From Prevotella sp. (GTDB lineage: Bacteria; Bacteroidota; Bacteroidia; Bacteroidales; Bacteroidaceae): DNA of 64,000 nucleotides. Where the stretch lies: contig JAFUFD010000087.1 of assembly GCA_017470055.1 (NCBI GenBank), positions 53,467-117,466 of the forward strand, in the 5' to 3' direction. The notes under the pieces were generated by a model. The model was given only the letters and a program-made list of their open reading frames with translations, was not told the DNA's origin and made no database searches. A program made the translations under genes and the position numbers. Shown here in pieces: positions 57,101-64,000 of this stretch (its first letter is position 1; every line of letters starts with the position of its first letter).

Positions 57101-58159
57101 TCGCCTACCAGCGTCAACGACCGCAAGATAGGAACAGGTATCGGTCTCGACCTGACCCGCTCTCTCGTGGAGTTGCACCACGGTACCATCGCTGCCCGCA
57201 ATAGCGAGGATGGAGAGGGCTGTGAGTTCATTGTCACCATCCCGACGGGCAACGAGCACCTAAAGCCTGAAGAGATGATCGTGGAGAAAGAGGATATCGG
57301 TCAGACAACCACCAGCCTCTTCGACGATGTCGTCACCGAGGAGAGTCCGAAGGACCTGGGGGGGGTAGACTTGTCGAGACTCAACAAACAGCAGCAGATT
57401 GTCATCGCCGAGGACGACCAGGAGATACGCGACTACCTCGTCCAGGAACTCTCTGCCGACTATAAAGTGACTGCCTGCGAGAATGGCAAGGAGGCACTCA
57501 CAGAGATTCTGAAGAACGTGCCAGACCTCCTGATCTCCGATATCATGATGCCGGAGATGGATGGCAACACGTTATGCTCGAAGGTCAAAGGCAACCCGAT
57601 TAGCAGTCATGTACCCGTTATCCTGCTCACGGCGAAGAACCGTGATGAGGACCAACTCGAGGGACTGGAGACAGGAGCAGACGCCTATATCGTCAAGCCT
57701 TTCAACATGGACATCCTGCGACGCACCATCATCAACCTTATCCATACCCACCGTATGCTGCGCCTGAAGTTCGGACGCAACGACCAACTGGAGCAGCAGG
57801 TAGAAGAGGTACAGATGCTGTCGCCTGACGATAAACTCCTTGAGCGTGTCATGGCTGTCATCAACAGGAATATCAGCAACTCCGAACTGAGCGTGGACGC
57901 CATTGCCGAAGAGGTGGGCATCAGTCGTGTCCACTTGCATCGCAAGATGAAGGAACTGACAGGTCAGACCCCTCATGACTTCATCCGCAACATCCGACTG
58001 AAGCAGGCTGCTAACCTGCTGGCAAGCCAGAACATGAATATCACGGAGGTGATGTATGCCTGTGGTTTCAACAATGCCGCCTCCTTCTCGACCATCTTCA
58101 AGAAGTTCTATGGCATGTCGCCACGAGAGTATATGAGTGAAAGAAAGGAAGGAGAGTAA
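54152..58159 (+). CDS. Hybrid two-component system sensor kinase/response regulator (AraC output)
   Basis: Beta-propeller repeats; Y_Y_Y-like domain; TM; NISHEIRTP; NLLSNAFK; GTGIGL; receiver DIMMPEMDG; AraC HTH. Confidence 0.95.
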   Translation: MRSKVLFLLLLLVPLSIHAQMGKLFDADKQLSSSFTNQVYLDADGFIWVATRNGLNKYDGYQFRVLKKELATDIGMASNCVNCIIQDRQRLFYVGMYGALQSFNGYRFKDIKVHDLLDHIMPPYVTCFAERLNGDIMIGTSGHGLLRLTDLENAHQVGGALEDIISVHQMTEDQHQRLWLVTEEQGLVCYDGNKTVRYFEDETFRTQLRAVCEGRDGKIYVGTAKSGLFVLKETGVFEHVAATGDLPIVEIYNNKKGEMMLGYDGRGIGIFNPQTGVLRNNPYYSREVDLSLSKCYSIIEDETGNVWLGLLQKGIYMQPRTETPFKYMGFKLGVHNQIGQACVTSVLIDSHGWTWVGTDKDGLYSFDEHDQPVYHFKEHFPGTILGITEDNQGRVWVGTFREGCGWVDAKSHTFHRQSLPQGDAVSVFDLECDQQGQLWLATMGEGLLRLTLSTGAVKAYVTAKNAVIDRKVNSLVNNYISQLSLSPDGKRVYLATTMGVCCMEIATENWTKVLGGNTLNYGTPTRIAREYDNKLWIGTNNGLYSYDLSAHKLEHLTKEEGLADNGIASIQQDQQGMIWVGTDHGLCRYDPKKQLTYSFFVDNGLQSNEFSDGAVSISARGTLLLGGVGGVTWFDPSEIRQSDWNADVKLTAFSINGELVTPETKSGWYQVTDTTVIASKRFVLSASDNSFSIQLSTLTYDNPEHITYSYRVNKEDWVRLQPGTNEITFSHMAPGNYDFCVVAQRNNQVTEERCFTVYIHAPWYRSYIAYLVYLLAICLAIWQYLKHRKRKEQDRLRLQEHIHAEEMGEAKLRFFMNISHEIRTPMTLIVSPLLSLIKQDDDPHRRSIYETIRRNAERILGLINQMMDLRKIDKGQMQMHMCETDLISFVEDIHTLFTQQAKAKNIRFSYEHDTQMLPLWIDRGNFDKVIVNLLSNAFKFTPTGGIIRIQITHDDKNATIRIYDNGEKIPEDKLERIFERFYQSPTSVNDRKIGTGIGLDLTRSLVELHHGTIAARNSEDGEGCEFIVTIPTGNEHLKPEEMIVEKEDIGQTTTSLFDDVVTEESPKDLGGVDLSRLNKQQQIVIAEDDQEIRDYLVQELSADYKVTACENGKEALTEILKNVPDLLISDIMMPEMDGNTLCSKVKGNPISSHVPVILLTAKNRDEDQLEGLETGADAYIVKPFNMDILRRTIINLIHTHRMLRLKFGRNDQLEQQVEEVQMLSPDDKLLERVMAVINRNISNSELSVDAIAEEVGISRVHLHRKMKELTGQTPHDFIRNIRLKQAANLLASQNMNITEVMYACGFNNAASFSTIFKKFYGMSPREYMSERKEGE

Positions 58160-58181
58160 ACCACTCCCCTTCCTTTCTTTC
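58140..58181. terminator. Bidirectional terminator between HTCS and amylase
   Basis: AAAGAAAGGAAGGAGAGT...ACTCCCCTTCCTTTCTTT. Confidence 0.75.
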
Positions 58182-58200
58182 ATTTAACCAATCAATCTTA

Positions 58201-60222
58201 CTATTTCAGTATCTTTCTGCCTTGGTGGATATACACGCCCTTGGCTGTCGGCTCTCCCTCGAGTCGGCGACCACGGAGGTCGTACCAATAGGAGTCGAGC
58301 GACTTGACATCTGCACGAATGAGGTTGATGCCAGTGACGACACCCATCTTCTGCCCATTCCTATTATAATAGGCTGCGTTTTCAAAGACAAGGTCTGCCG
58401 TCTGACTACTTCCGTTATTGCTGAAGATGATACCCGTAGGCTTGCCACTGGGAGTCACTTGTGCTTTCGTATCGCTGTTATAGCATTTGCCATCCCAAGT
58501 CCATTTCCATACCTTATTACCGTTATCGAGTGTTCCTACCTGAACGCAGGCAATACCTGGCCAAGAGCCACCTGTGAAATTGATGGTACTCCATGCCCAA
58601 CAAGTAGTTTGACTCCATGTGGCAGGTGACTCGAAGAATGCACATGTCTCGCCTGCGTTCACTGTGCAGAATGAAGGGATGGTAAACTCCGATGGGTCTG
58701 TCACCGTGTAGGTGCGTGTCTGAATACCGCTGACCGTGCTACCTACCAAGAGCCCAACCTTTAAGGTTGTAGTTCCTTTAGGAATACTAATCTCCGTACC
58801 ACTTGCCACCTGTGTACTGCTTGCAGTAGGATCAGAGCCGTTAGTGGTATAGACCAGTTTTGCATTACTGTTTGTCACAGCAGACAACAGCACCTTCAGA
58901 GTTCCCTCGTAACTGCCAGAGGCATGACTGATCCATGCCGTATTAGCAGCCTTGTCAACATAATAGGCATAATGATAGCCAGAGAGTACCTTCACCCATG
59001 AGGCATCCGATGGTGAATAACTCTGTGCCGTCTTGCCTACCACACACAACAGTTTCGCTTTCGACCCCTCTATGCTGACTGCATAATAGTTCGTATTACT
59101 TGCCAACTGTGTATAACTGCTGGTATTCTGAATACCTGTCAGATAGCGCACGTCAATCATCGACTTGATATCCTGTTTGCAGTCCTGCCAGTGCGTCATG
59201 AACACACAAGGAGTACCTGGCATGGCAAGCAGATAGGCATTAGCGGCAAGCGTATCCTTCTTCAGAGGGTCCTGCTCCGCATTGGGACGTTTCTCCGTAT
59301 CGTGGTTCTCCACGAAAGTCACAGCATACTGCTTATAACTGCCACTATTGAAAGTGTTGCTAATCAAGGGATAGTTGCCATCGTTTGCCTGTGCTAATCT
59401 GTTCCAAGCCCCGTTATTGGCGGCATTGCGGACGGTATAGCGGAACTGGAAGTCGAAGGCAGCACTGGTCTTGTCAGTCTTGTCAATCCAATTCTTGATT
59501 GTTGTCGTACCATCCCAGCACTCTCCCACAGAGAATTGGGGCTTTGCGTCATTGTTATATAACTTGGTATACTCACCACCATAGCCTTTCACCATGTCAT
59601 AGCGGAAGCCCACATAGCCTAAATCCTCAATGAGCATTTTCAGATAAGCCTTCACGTTTTTCTGCACGTTGTCACTCTTATGGTCAAGGTCACGCATGCC
59701 GTCCCAGCCTTCGCCAGTATCTTTGTTCGATCCTACCTGATATCCATTCTTGGCTGCCTCATCGTCAGAACAGATATCTTTATAGGTCAACTGGTAAGTT
59801 ACTCCTTTATAGGTCTCTTTCGGGAAATCTGTCCAAGTGCTGACATTACGACGATGATTAATCACTACATCGGCTATCGTGCCTATACCTTTATTCTTAA
59901 ACGTTTTGATCATGGAGCGCAGTTCTTCCTCCGTACCAAAGGAACTGGTATAGTTCGTGCCACCTGGGAACCAATAGAGGTCATCATAACCCATCGACTT
60001 ACCGCCACAGTTAGCACTCTGGGGTATCCACACCAACTTAAAATATTGTGACAGTTCATCAGCCTGTGCCTCTAAGACCGTCCACTGTGAGTCATCATAA
60101 CCATCCCAGTAGAATCCTTGCAGCATCACGCCACCATAGTTTGCGGGCCATCCCTGAGCAAAACTCGTCAGAGAAAGGCAAAGTACGAATAATGTCGTGT
60201 AGATTTTCTTCATCATGTCCAT
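58201..60222 (-). CDS. GH13 alpha-amylase with FN3-like and starch-binding (CBM26-like) modules and secretion-type C-terminus
   Basis: VMLQGFYW, DVVINHR, GFRYDMVKG, VGECW and FVENHD motifs; start placed downstream of promoter caaagtta (60244-60251). Confidence 0.9.
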   Translation of the reverse strand: MDMMKKIYTTLFVLCLSLTSFAQGWPANYGGVMLQGFYWDGYDDSQWTVLEAQADELSQYFKLVWIPQSANCGGKSMGYDDLYWFPGGTNYTSSFGTEEELRSMIKTFKNKGIGTIADVVINHRRNVSTWTDFPKETYKGVTYQLTYKDICSDDEAAKNGYQVGSNKDTGEGWDGMRDLDHKSDNVQKNVKAYLKMLIEDLGYVGFRYDMVKGYGGEYTKLYNNDAKPQFSVGECWDGTTTIKNWIDKTDKTSAAFDFQFRYTVRNAANNGAWNRLAQANDGNYPLISNTFNSGSYKQYAVTFVENHDTEKRPNAEQDPLKKDTLAANAYLLAMPGTPCVFMTHWQDCKQDIKSMIDVRYLTGIQNTSSYTQLASNTNYYAVSIEGSKAKLLCVVGKTAQSYSPSDASWVKVLSGYHYAYYVDKAANTAWISHASGSYEGTLKVLLSAVTNSNAKLVYTTNGSDPTASSTQVASGTEISIPKGTTTLKVGLLVGSTVSGIQTRTYTVTDPSEFTIPSFCTVNAGETCAFFESPATWSQTTCWAWSTINFTGGSWPGIACVQVGTLDNGNKVWKWTWDGKCYNSDTKAQVTPSGKPTGIIFSNNGSSQTADLVFENAAYYNRNGQKMGVVTGINLIRADVKSLDSYWYDLRGRRLEGEPTAKGVYIHQGRKILK

Positions 60223-60306
60223 TAAGTTTTTAGTTTCTGCTTGCAAAGTTAAGGCTTTTCCGCTAACGTTCTATCTTTCAGCGTATAAATAAAAACCCAA
60301 TAGTAA

Positions 60307-60320
60307 TGCAAACGGTTGCA
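60307..60320. promoter_or_regulatory. LacI-family-like operator upstream of alpha-amylase
   Basis: Near-palindrome TGCAAACGGTTGCA with central CG. Confidence 0.5.
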
Positions 60321-60322
60321 CG

Positions 60323-60510
60323 TTGACAAACTACTGGTTGACTTAGAGTCAAACAATCGGTTGACTTAGAGTCAAACGATCGGTTGACTGGAGTCGGCAG
60401 ATCGGTTGACTGGAGTCAAACGGTAGAAAGGATGCTTGTAACGATTGATTACAAAGTCTCTTCACATCGACTACAGAGTCACTTCACATCGATTACAATG
60501 GCATTTTACA
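60323..60510. repeat. Composite palindromic repeat element, copy B
   Basis: GACT cores at 60340, 60363, 60386 and 60408; GA(T/C)TACA units at 60447, 60469 and 60491; homologous to 32494-32645. Confidence 0.85.
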
Positions 60511-60525
60511 ACAACAAGAACGAAA

Positions 60526-60559
60526 ATCGGGCGGATCAGGGATGACCTGTCCGCCCGAT
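60526..60559. repeat. Cassette-boundary hairpin copy 1 (terminator-like)
   Basis: ATCGGGCGGATCAGGGATGACCTGTCCGCCCGAT. Confidence 0.9.
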
Positions 60560-60583
60560 GATGGTTATTGTTTAAGGAGATTA

Positions 60584-60847
60584 CTATGCCGTTTTTCCCA
60601 GTTCGTACAATTTTTCTGGTGCAAAACCTATTTCATTATTCCAGTCTACTGTAAATGGATCTAAGCGAAACGACTTGAAATAGTCTACATCTTGCAGTTT
60701 ACGACAAATACCCTTTTGCATTAATGGCGTAAAATCAACCAACAACACCTCACCTGTACTGAATGTAAGACGAAGTGTATAACCACTCACATATTCTGCA
60801 GAAGAAACACAAAGAATTGGATTTTTCATACCTATCTCTCCTATCAT
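60584..60847 (-). CDS. DUF2442-family protein (TA-associated)
   Basis: YTLRLTFSTGE...VDF...TVDWNNEIGFAPEKLY; ATGA overlap with upstream gene. Confidence 0.85.
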   Translation of the reverse strand: MIGEIGMKNPILCVSSAEYVSGYTLRLTFSTGEVLLVDFTPLMQKGICRKLQDVDYFKSFRLDPFTVDWNNEIGFAPEKLYELGKTA

Positions 60848-61101
60848 TTTAAAGGTTCTATCTTAATGGGAGCCTCACTATTGGAAAGACGCTCCCAATT
60901 TTCCATTAACTCATCCCTATGTAAGTCGAGCCACTCGTAAACGAGTCTAAGAGCACGTCTTGGCAATGATCCAGTAACAACACCATCTTTAATTGTTATC
61001 TCTGCCTTATAATCATCATACCACACATGAAAATGGGGTGGATTGTGGTCGTCAATATACATATAGATGATGATTCCGTAGAATTTACTTATTTCTGGCA
61101 T
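60844..61101 (-). CDS. DUF4160-family protein (TA-associated, HicA-like motif)
   Basis: MPEISKFYGIIIYMY..DHNPPHFH...ELMENW...IEPL. Confidence 0.9.
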   Translation of the reverse strand: MPEISKFYGIIIYMYIDDHNPPHFHVWYDDYKAEITIKDGVVTGSLPRRALRLVYEWLDLHRDELMENWERLSNSEAPIKIEPLK

Positions 61102-61120
61102 ATCTTTAAACTTTCTTGTT

Positions 61121-61290
61121 TCTGCTGCAAAGATACGATTAAACGAGAACAAAACAAAGAAATTCTTTCTTTTTTTGTCGAGTGAGAGTATCTTCGGTGA
61201 GTTTGCTCATCAAATGTACAAACTTATCGGGAAACCACCAAACGTTTAAGATAAAAATGAAATCGGGCGGAGCAGGGATGACCTGTCCGC
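61121..61290. repeat. 170-bp direct repeat copy 1 (promoter leader plus truncated boundary hairpin copy 2)
   Basis: Matches 62722-62891 with 4 substitutions by eye. Confidence 0.92.
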
Positions 61291-61292
61291 TA

Positions 61293-61796
61293 TTATATAG
61301 GTTTCTGTTTGAAGAAACCAACAAAATTATCGAAATCACTCATAATTGCCTCAAAGTTGGGATTACTTCTTTGGATTATCACTGCGGCAAAATTAGAAAT
61401 CCCTTCTGCAACAATTTCCGCAACCTTTATATGGTAAAGACCACTCTGCTCATATTCACTAAACCACCGTAGAAAAAGACGGTCACGCATAGCCTGCCGG
61501 TTATCTCCTGTCTCACATTGATATAATAGAATCTCTGGATTTACATAGAAGAATTCCTCTATGATACAAAAAATCGTCTCACGTAAGAGTTTGTCATTGG
61601 GAGAAGCCTTACGATTCTCATTTAATATCCCAAATTCATATGCACCATCTTCCCATATTGTTTGATCTGGAGTAAAAACAATACGGTACAGAACATCGTG
61701 CTTTGTCTTGAAGCCATAAGAGCCATCGCCTACTTGCCATATAGAGTAAGGAGAGCGTATGTTTAAGCGATTAAGATCTAAAGGAGTCATTGTCAA
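61293..61796 (-). CDS. DUF6169-like protein
   Basis: YGFKTKHDVLYRIVF; LLYQCETGDNRQAMRDRLFLRWF. Confidence 0.75.
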   Translation of the reverse strand: MTMTPLDLNRLNIRSPYSIWQVGDGSYGFKTKHDVLYRIVFTPDQTIWEDGAYEFGILNENRKASPNDKLLRETIFCIIEEFFYVNPEILLYQCETGDNRQAMRDRLFLRWFSEYEQSGLYHIKVAEIVAEGISNFAAVIIQRSNPNFEAIMSDFDNFVGFFKQKPI

Positions 61797-61802
61797 TCAG
61801 GG

Positions 61803-61934
61803 CTATGCTAACTGTTGTCTGAGTTGGGAAAACTCCTGTTCCGTTTTCTCTACCCATTCTCTTTTACGCTCCATCATTTTTCGAAATGCTGCTAACGCTT
61901 CTTCCCGATTGTTGTACTTAACTGCCTTATACAT
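61803..61934 (-). CDS. Small 43-aa helical protein (missed by ORF track), partner of DUF6169 gene
   Basis: MYKAVKYNNREEALAAFRKMMERKREWVEKTEQEFSQLRQQLA*, downstream of TATCTTTG (61960-61967) and ending 6 bp before the next ATG. Confidence 0.7.
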   Translation of the reverse strand: MYKAVKYNNREEALAAFRKMMERKREWVEKTEQEFSQLRQQLA

Positions 61935-62013
61935 TGATTCCTTTACTTTTTCTCGCTTGCAAAGATACGAACTATTCTTTAATCCTCCAAACTTTTACGC
62001 GGCAAAAACAGTA

Positions 62014-62047
62014 ATCGGGCGGAGCAGGGATGACCTGTCCGCCCGAT
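62014..62047. repeat. Cassette-boundary hairpin copy 3
   Basis: ATCGGGCGGAGCAGGGATGACCTGTCCGCCCGAT. Confidence 0.9.
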
Positions 62048-62069
62048 AATGGCTTATTGTTTAAGGGGA

Positions 62070-62393
62070 TTATCCTTTGATTCGTTTCACAAGTTTTGAT
62101 GGTTCCCTCCTTGTGTCCCAGATGTCAACGACATGAACGACATCAGATGCAGCATCAAAATAATAAATCATTTTAAAGCGTTTTAAGATGTGACGAGCAC
62201 GATACAATCTTTTTCTATCTTTCAACAAAGGTTCTGGATAGCCAATCTCTGGGAATTTACAAAGAGTTTCATTTTGTAAACCCACTTTCTCAGAAAAAGC
62301 GTTGGCAACAGTCTCCCCAAACTCAGAAAACCCTTTTACAAGAATCTTATATAGTTCCTTTTCGGCTCTCCCTTGCCATTTTATTTGAGCCAT
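62070..62393 (-). CDS. RelE/ParE-family toxin
   Basis: IKW...AEKEL; LCKFPEIG; YR...FKMIYY...VHVVDIWDTRREP. Confidence 0.88.
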   Translation of the reverse strand: MAQIKWQGRAEKELYKILVKGFSEFGETVANAFSEKVGLQNETLCKFPEIGYPEPLLKDRKRLYRARHILKRFKMIYYFDAASDVVHVVDIWDTRREPSKLVKRIKG

Positions 62394-62704
62394 AGCAGTT
62401 CTTGTTTAAAATCAGCCATCATCTCCTCGAAAGACTTTCCTTCACCCTTTTCTATTTCTGCCTCAGCCTCATCAATGCGTGCATTCAGTTCCTCCATCGT
62501 ATAAGGTTGCTCAATACTCAATTCTTCCATTCCTTCCACATCAAGACCCTCAGTGATATGAATAAAACGGACTAAGCAAGCCTTATCTTTGCGACTCAGA
62601 TTACGGATTGTGTTTAATAATCCACTTTCTCGTAGTTCTGCGCTCATCCCATAAGTCAATGCAGAAGGCTCACTAGCAATATTGTCATAAGTCTCTTGAT
62701 TCAT
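62381..62704 (-). CDS. Putative antitoxin upstream of RelE/ParE
   Basis: Acidic protein with C-terminal PYTMEELNARIDEAEAEIEKG; 13-bp overlap with the toxin start. Confidence 0.75.
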   Translation of the reverse strand: MNQETYDNIASEPSALTYGMSAELRESGLLNTIRNLSRKDKACLVRFIHITEGLDVEGMEELSIEQPYTMEELNARIDEAEAEIEKGEGKSFEEMMADFKQELLWLK

Positions 62705-62721
62705 GTCTCTAACTTTGTATA

Positions 62722-62896
62722 TCTGCTGCAAAGATACGATTAAACAAGAACAAAACAAAGAAATTCTTTCTTTTTTTGTCGAGTGAGAGTATCTTCGGTG
62801 AGTTTACTCATCAAATGTACAAACTTATCGGGAAACCACCAAACATTTAAGATAAAAATGAAATCGGGCGGAGCAGGGATTACCTGTCCGCCCGAT
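62722..62896. repeat. 170-bp direct repeat copy 2 ending in boundary hairpin copy 4 (terminator of upstream GH13)
   Basis: Near-identical to 61121-61290; complete hairpin at 62863-62896. Confidence 0.92.
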
Positions 62897-62915
62897 TAAA
62901 TATAAGTTTACTTGA

Positions 62916-63998
62916 TTATATCTTAAAAATAAGATATTGGAAAGGCTGAAGTTCTATGGTGTTGTCGAGTTGTGTTTCCTCAGAACTCATCACGTCAATA
63001 GACTTTTTACCAACCAATGTCTGTGGGATATCAGCAGTTTTCTTTTCGTTGCGCACATTCACTAACACCAAAAAACGCTCTGCCACATCTGTCTTCTCAA
63101 ACACGAGTACATCAGCAGCAGGATAAGTTGTCAATGCTCCTTTACGCAAAGCAGGATGGTCATTGTATAATGAAATCAGATCTTTATATTCCGTGTAGAT
63201 CTCAGGCTTTGCCGTCCAGTCTACAGGAACATATTTAAAGAAGTTGATAGGTTCAGGATAGCCCACTTCCTGCGAGCCATAGATAAGGGCTCCCCCATGA
63301 GGGAATACAGAGGCAACATAGGCAGCCATTGCACCACGATCGTTAGTAAACTGTACACAAGGCTCTACCTCTGTAGCATGATCATGATTGGTTGTAAAAC
63401 GCAGTTTCACTTTATTATCAGGAAGACTATCGTACTCCGCCTTGTCTGCTTTGAAGAGGTCAGAGGCAGGGTCACCTTTAAACACCTTTACCAATTCGTC
63501 CTTATAGTCCCAGCCATAGTTCATATCAAAACCACCAACGGTGAAATTATCAGAACGCTTCCCCTCGGCAAGCATCACAATTTTACGATTACCTGCCGCG
63601 CTACGCAACTGGTCAATGGCGTCTTTCCAAAAATCAGCAGGGACACCGTCTGCCACATCACAACGGAAGCCATCAATACCCACTTCCACAATCCAGAATT
63701 TCATCGCATCGATCATCGCTTTGCGCATATCCTTATTGTCATAATTCAGATCAGCGACATCAAACCAGTCCCATGGACGTGGATGAATAATTGTATCGGT
63801 TTTCTCGTCATGGGTATACCAATCGGGATGGTCTTTCACCCAAGGATGATCCCATGCAGTGTGATTAGCCACCCAGTCGAGAATAATACCCATGCCATGC
63901 TCATGGCATACCTGTGCCAAATGCTTGAAATCCTCAATCGTACCAAACTCCGGGGCTATCGCCTTATAGTCACGAATACAGTATGGCGAGTTTTTGCC
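62916..63998 (-). CDS. GH13 alpha-amylase-family protein (5'-truncated by window edge)
   Basis: Open to the edge (GKNSPYCIRDY...); DWVANH, DGFRCDVAD, LAE and TNHD motifs. Confidence 0.9.
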   Translation of the reverse strand, partial: GKNSPYCIRDYKAIAPEFGTIEDFKHLAQVCHEHGMGIILDWVANHTAWDHPWVKDHPDWYTHDEKTDTIIHPRPWDWFDVADLNYDNKDMRKAMIDAMKFWIVEVGIDGFRCDVADGVPADFWKDAIDQLRSAAGNRKIVMLAEGKRSDNFTVGGFDMNYGWDYKDELVKVFKGDPASDLFKADKAEYDSLPDNKVKLRFTTNHDHATEVEPCVQFTNDRGAMAAYVASVFPHGGALIYGSQEVGYPEPINFFKYVPVDWTAKPEIYTEYKDLISLYNDHPALRKGALTTYPAADVLVFEKTDVAERFLVLVNVRNEKKTADIPQTLVGKKSIDVMSSEETQLDNTIELQPFQYLIFKI

Positions 63999-64000
63999 TT

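Noticed and set aside
61180-61240. Hammerhead ribozyme in the 170-bp leader (TGATGAG...CGAA on minus strand)
   Set aside because: It lacks the intact CUGAnGA and GAAA core, and I could not build stems I and III.
60844-62758. Extended starts in the ORF track (61152, 62758, 60246) and ORFs 61139-61339, 61182-61472, 61759-62049
   Set aside because: These extensions and ORFs run through promoters and the non-coding repeats. Downstream ATGs match the family N-termini.
60526-62896. Classical integron attC sites
   Set aside because: The hairpin is only 34 bp, I see no RYYYAAC/GTTRRRY ends, and no IntI gene is present. The integron comparison is an analogy only.

Overview
Chromosomal window from a Bacteroidota, most likely a rumen/gut Prevotella-type (Xylanibacter ruminicola-like) genome; this is inferred from gene content and TAnnTTTG promoters. 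It contains: (i) a core xylan-utilisation locus (tandem susC/susD pairs, an accessory lipoprotein, a GH10 with inserted CBMs, GH5, CE6-CE1, two GH43, CE15, CE6-CBM); (ii) a TonB-type receptor and a GHMP kinase/nucleotidyltransferase pair resembling plant galacturonokinase salvage; (iii) a TPP-riboswitch thiamine uptake operon; (iv) housekeeping genes (TPR and thioredoxin-like lipoproteins, nrdDG, GNAT, tRNA-Arg(CCT), MaoC); (v) a GH10-CE1 bifunctional enzyme operon; (vi) a second GH10 PUL with a hybrid two-component regulator; (vii) two GH13 genes separated by an array of three two-gene toxin-antitoxin-type cassettes, each with its own promoter and bounded by copies of one 34-bp hairpin. The most notable unexplained structures are that cassette array, several unrelated palindromic tandem arrays that all have a period of about 22 bp, and a 21-bp-period operator at an identical distance from four xylan promoters. 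Protein family calls come from motif recognition by eye, not database searches.
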